This document shows, piece after piece, positions 43,167-43,254 of a stretch of DNA of 43,254 nucleotides (positions are counted from its first letter, which is position 1; every line of letters begins with the position of its first letter). The notes under the pieces were generated by a model, which was not told where the DNA came from, ran no database searches, and was given only the letters and a program-made list of their open reading frames with translations. This stretch comes from Ilumatobacteraceae bacterium (lineage in GTDB: Bacteria > Actinomycetota > Acidimicrobiia > Acidimicrobiales > Ilumatobacteraceae): NCBI GenBank assembly GCA_025451395.1, contig JANWKM010000033.1, forward strand, positions 1 through 43,254, written 5' to 3'. The position numbers were made by a program, and so were the translations under genes.

Positions 43167-43254
43167 TCAGACGGTCCGGAGCAGGACTGCGTCGCCTTGG
43201 CCGCTACCGCCACACAAGCCCGCGGCTCCAAGCCCGCCGCCGCGGCGGCGCAGC
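43167..43254 (-). CDS. Thiolase (acetyl-CoA C-acyltransferase). Only the C-terminal 28 aa are in the window.
   Basis: Reverse translation gives LRRRGGGLGAAGLCGGSGQGDAVLLRTV followed by a stop. This matches the conserved thiolase C-terminus (CxGGGxG...E/R). Confidence 0.5.
   Translation of the reverse strand, partial: LRRRGGGLGAAGLCGGSGQGDAVLLRTV

Overview
This is a high-GC chromosomal segment of actinobacterial type. The taxonomic call rests on an HspR/HAIR-controlled dnaK-grpE-dnaJ-hspR operon, an AccD/AccE carboxylase pair, a DinB/mycothiol-type protein and leaderless-style promoters. I support about 45 protein-coding genes. I saw no rRNA, tRNA, CRISPR array, transposase or integrase. All function calls come from motif recognition by eye, because no searches were run.

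Housekeeping blocks:
- vapBC (cut by the window edge), kbl-tdh and the dnaK operon lie at 1-6.9 kb.
- cdd, a DapC-like aminotransferase, an omega-amidase-like hydrolase, msrA, pccB/accE, an ATP-dependent DNA ligase, copC/D and dnaX-recR lie at 27-41.6 kb.

Less ordinary content:
1. An SNF2 helicase and a SWIM zinc-finger gene are translationally coupled (7.6-11.3 kb).
2. A cell-envelope and signalling block spans 11.4-19.8 kb. It holds two tandem paralogous secreted proteins with a sortase-like domain in which the TLxTC cysteine is a serine, each fused to three LDTR...GYF repeats. It also holds a GGDEF-EAL-REC-LuxR protein with an inverted domain order, and two overlapping orphan exported proteins.
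3. A divergent catabolic cluster spans 19.8-25.1 kb: FAH-ALDH on one strand, and acetoacetate-decarboxylase-like, P450 and C26 gamma-glutamyl hydrolase-like genes on the other. A 12-bp AT palindrome sits in the 41-bp control region between them.
4. An 86-bp nested perfect palindrome lies at 29.24-29.32 kb.
5. An AT-rich divergent control region with two small genes lies at about 30.1-30.7 kb.
6. Phased 15-bp direct repeats plus a long hairpin follow recR.

The strongest candidate for something undescribed is the Cys-to-Ser sortase-fold pair and its c-di-GMP neighbourhood.
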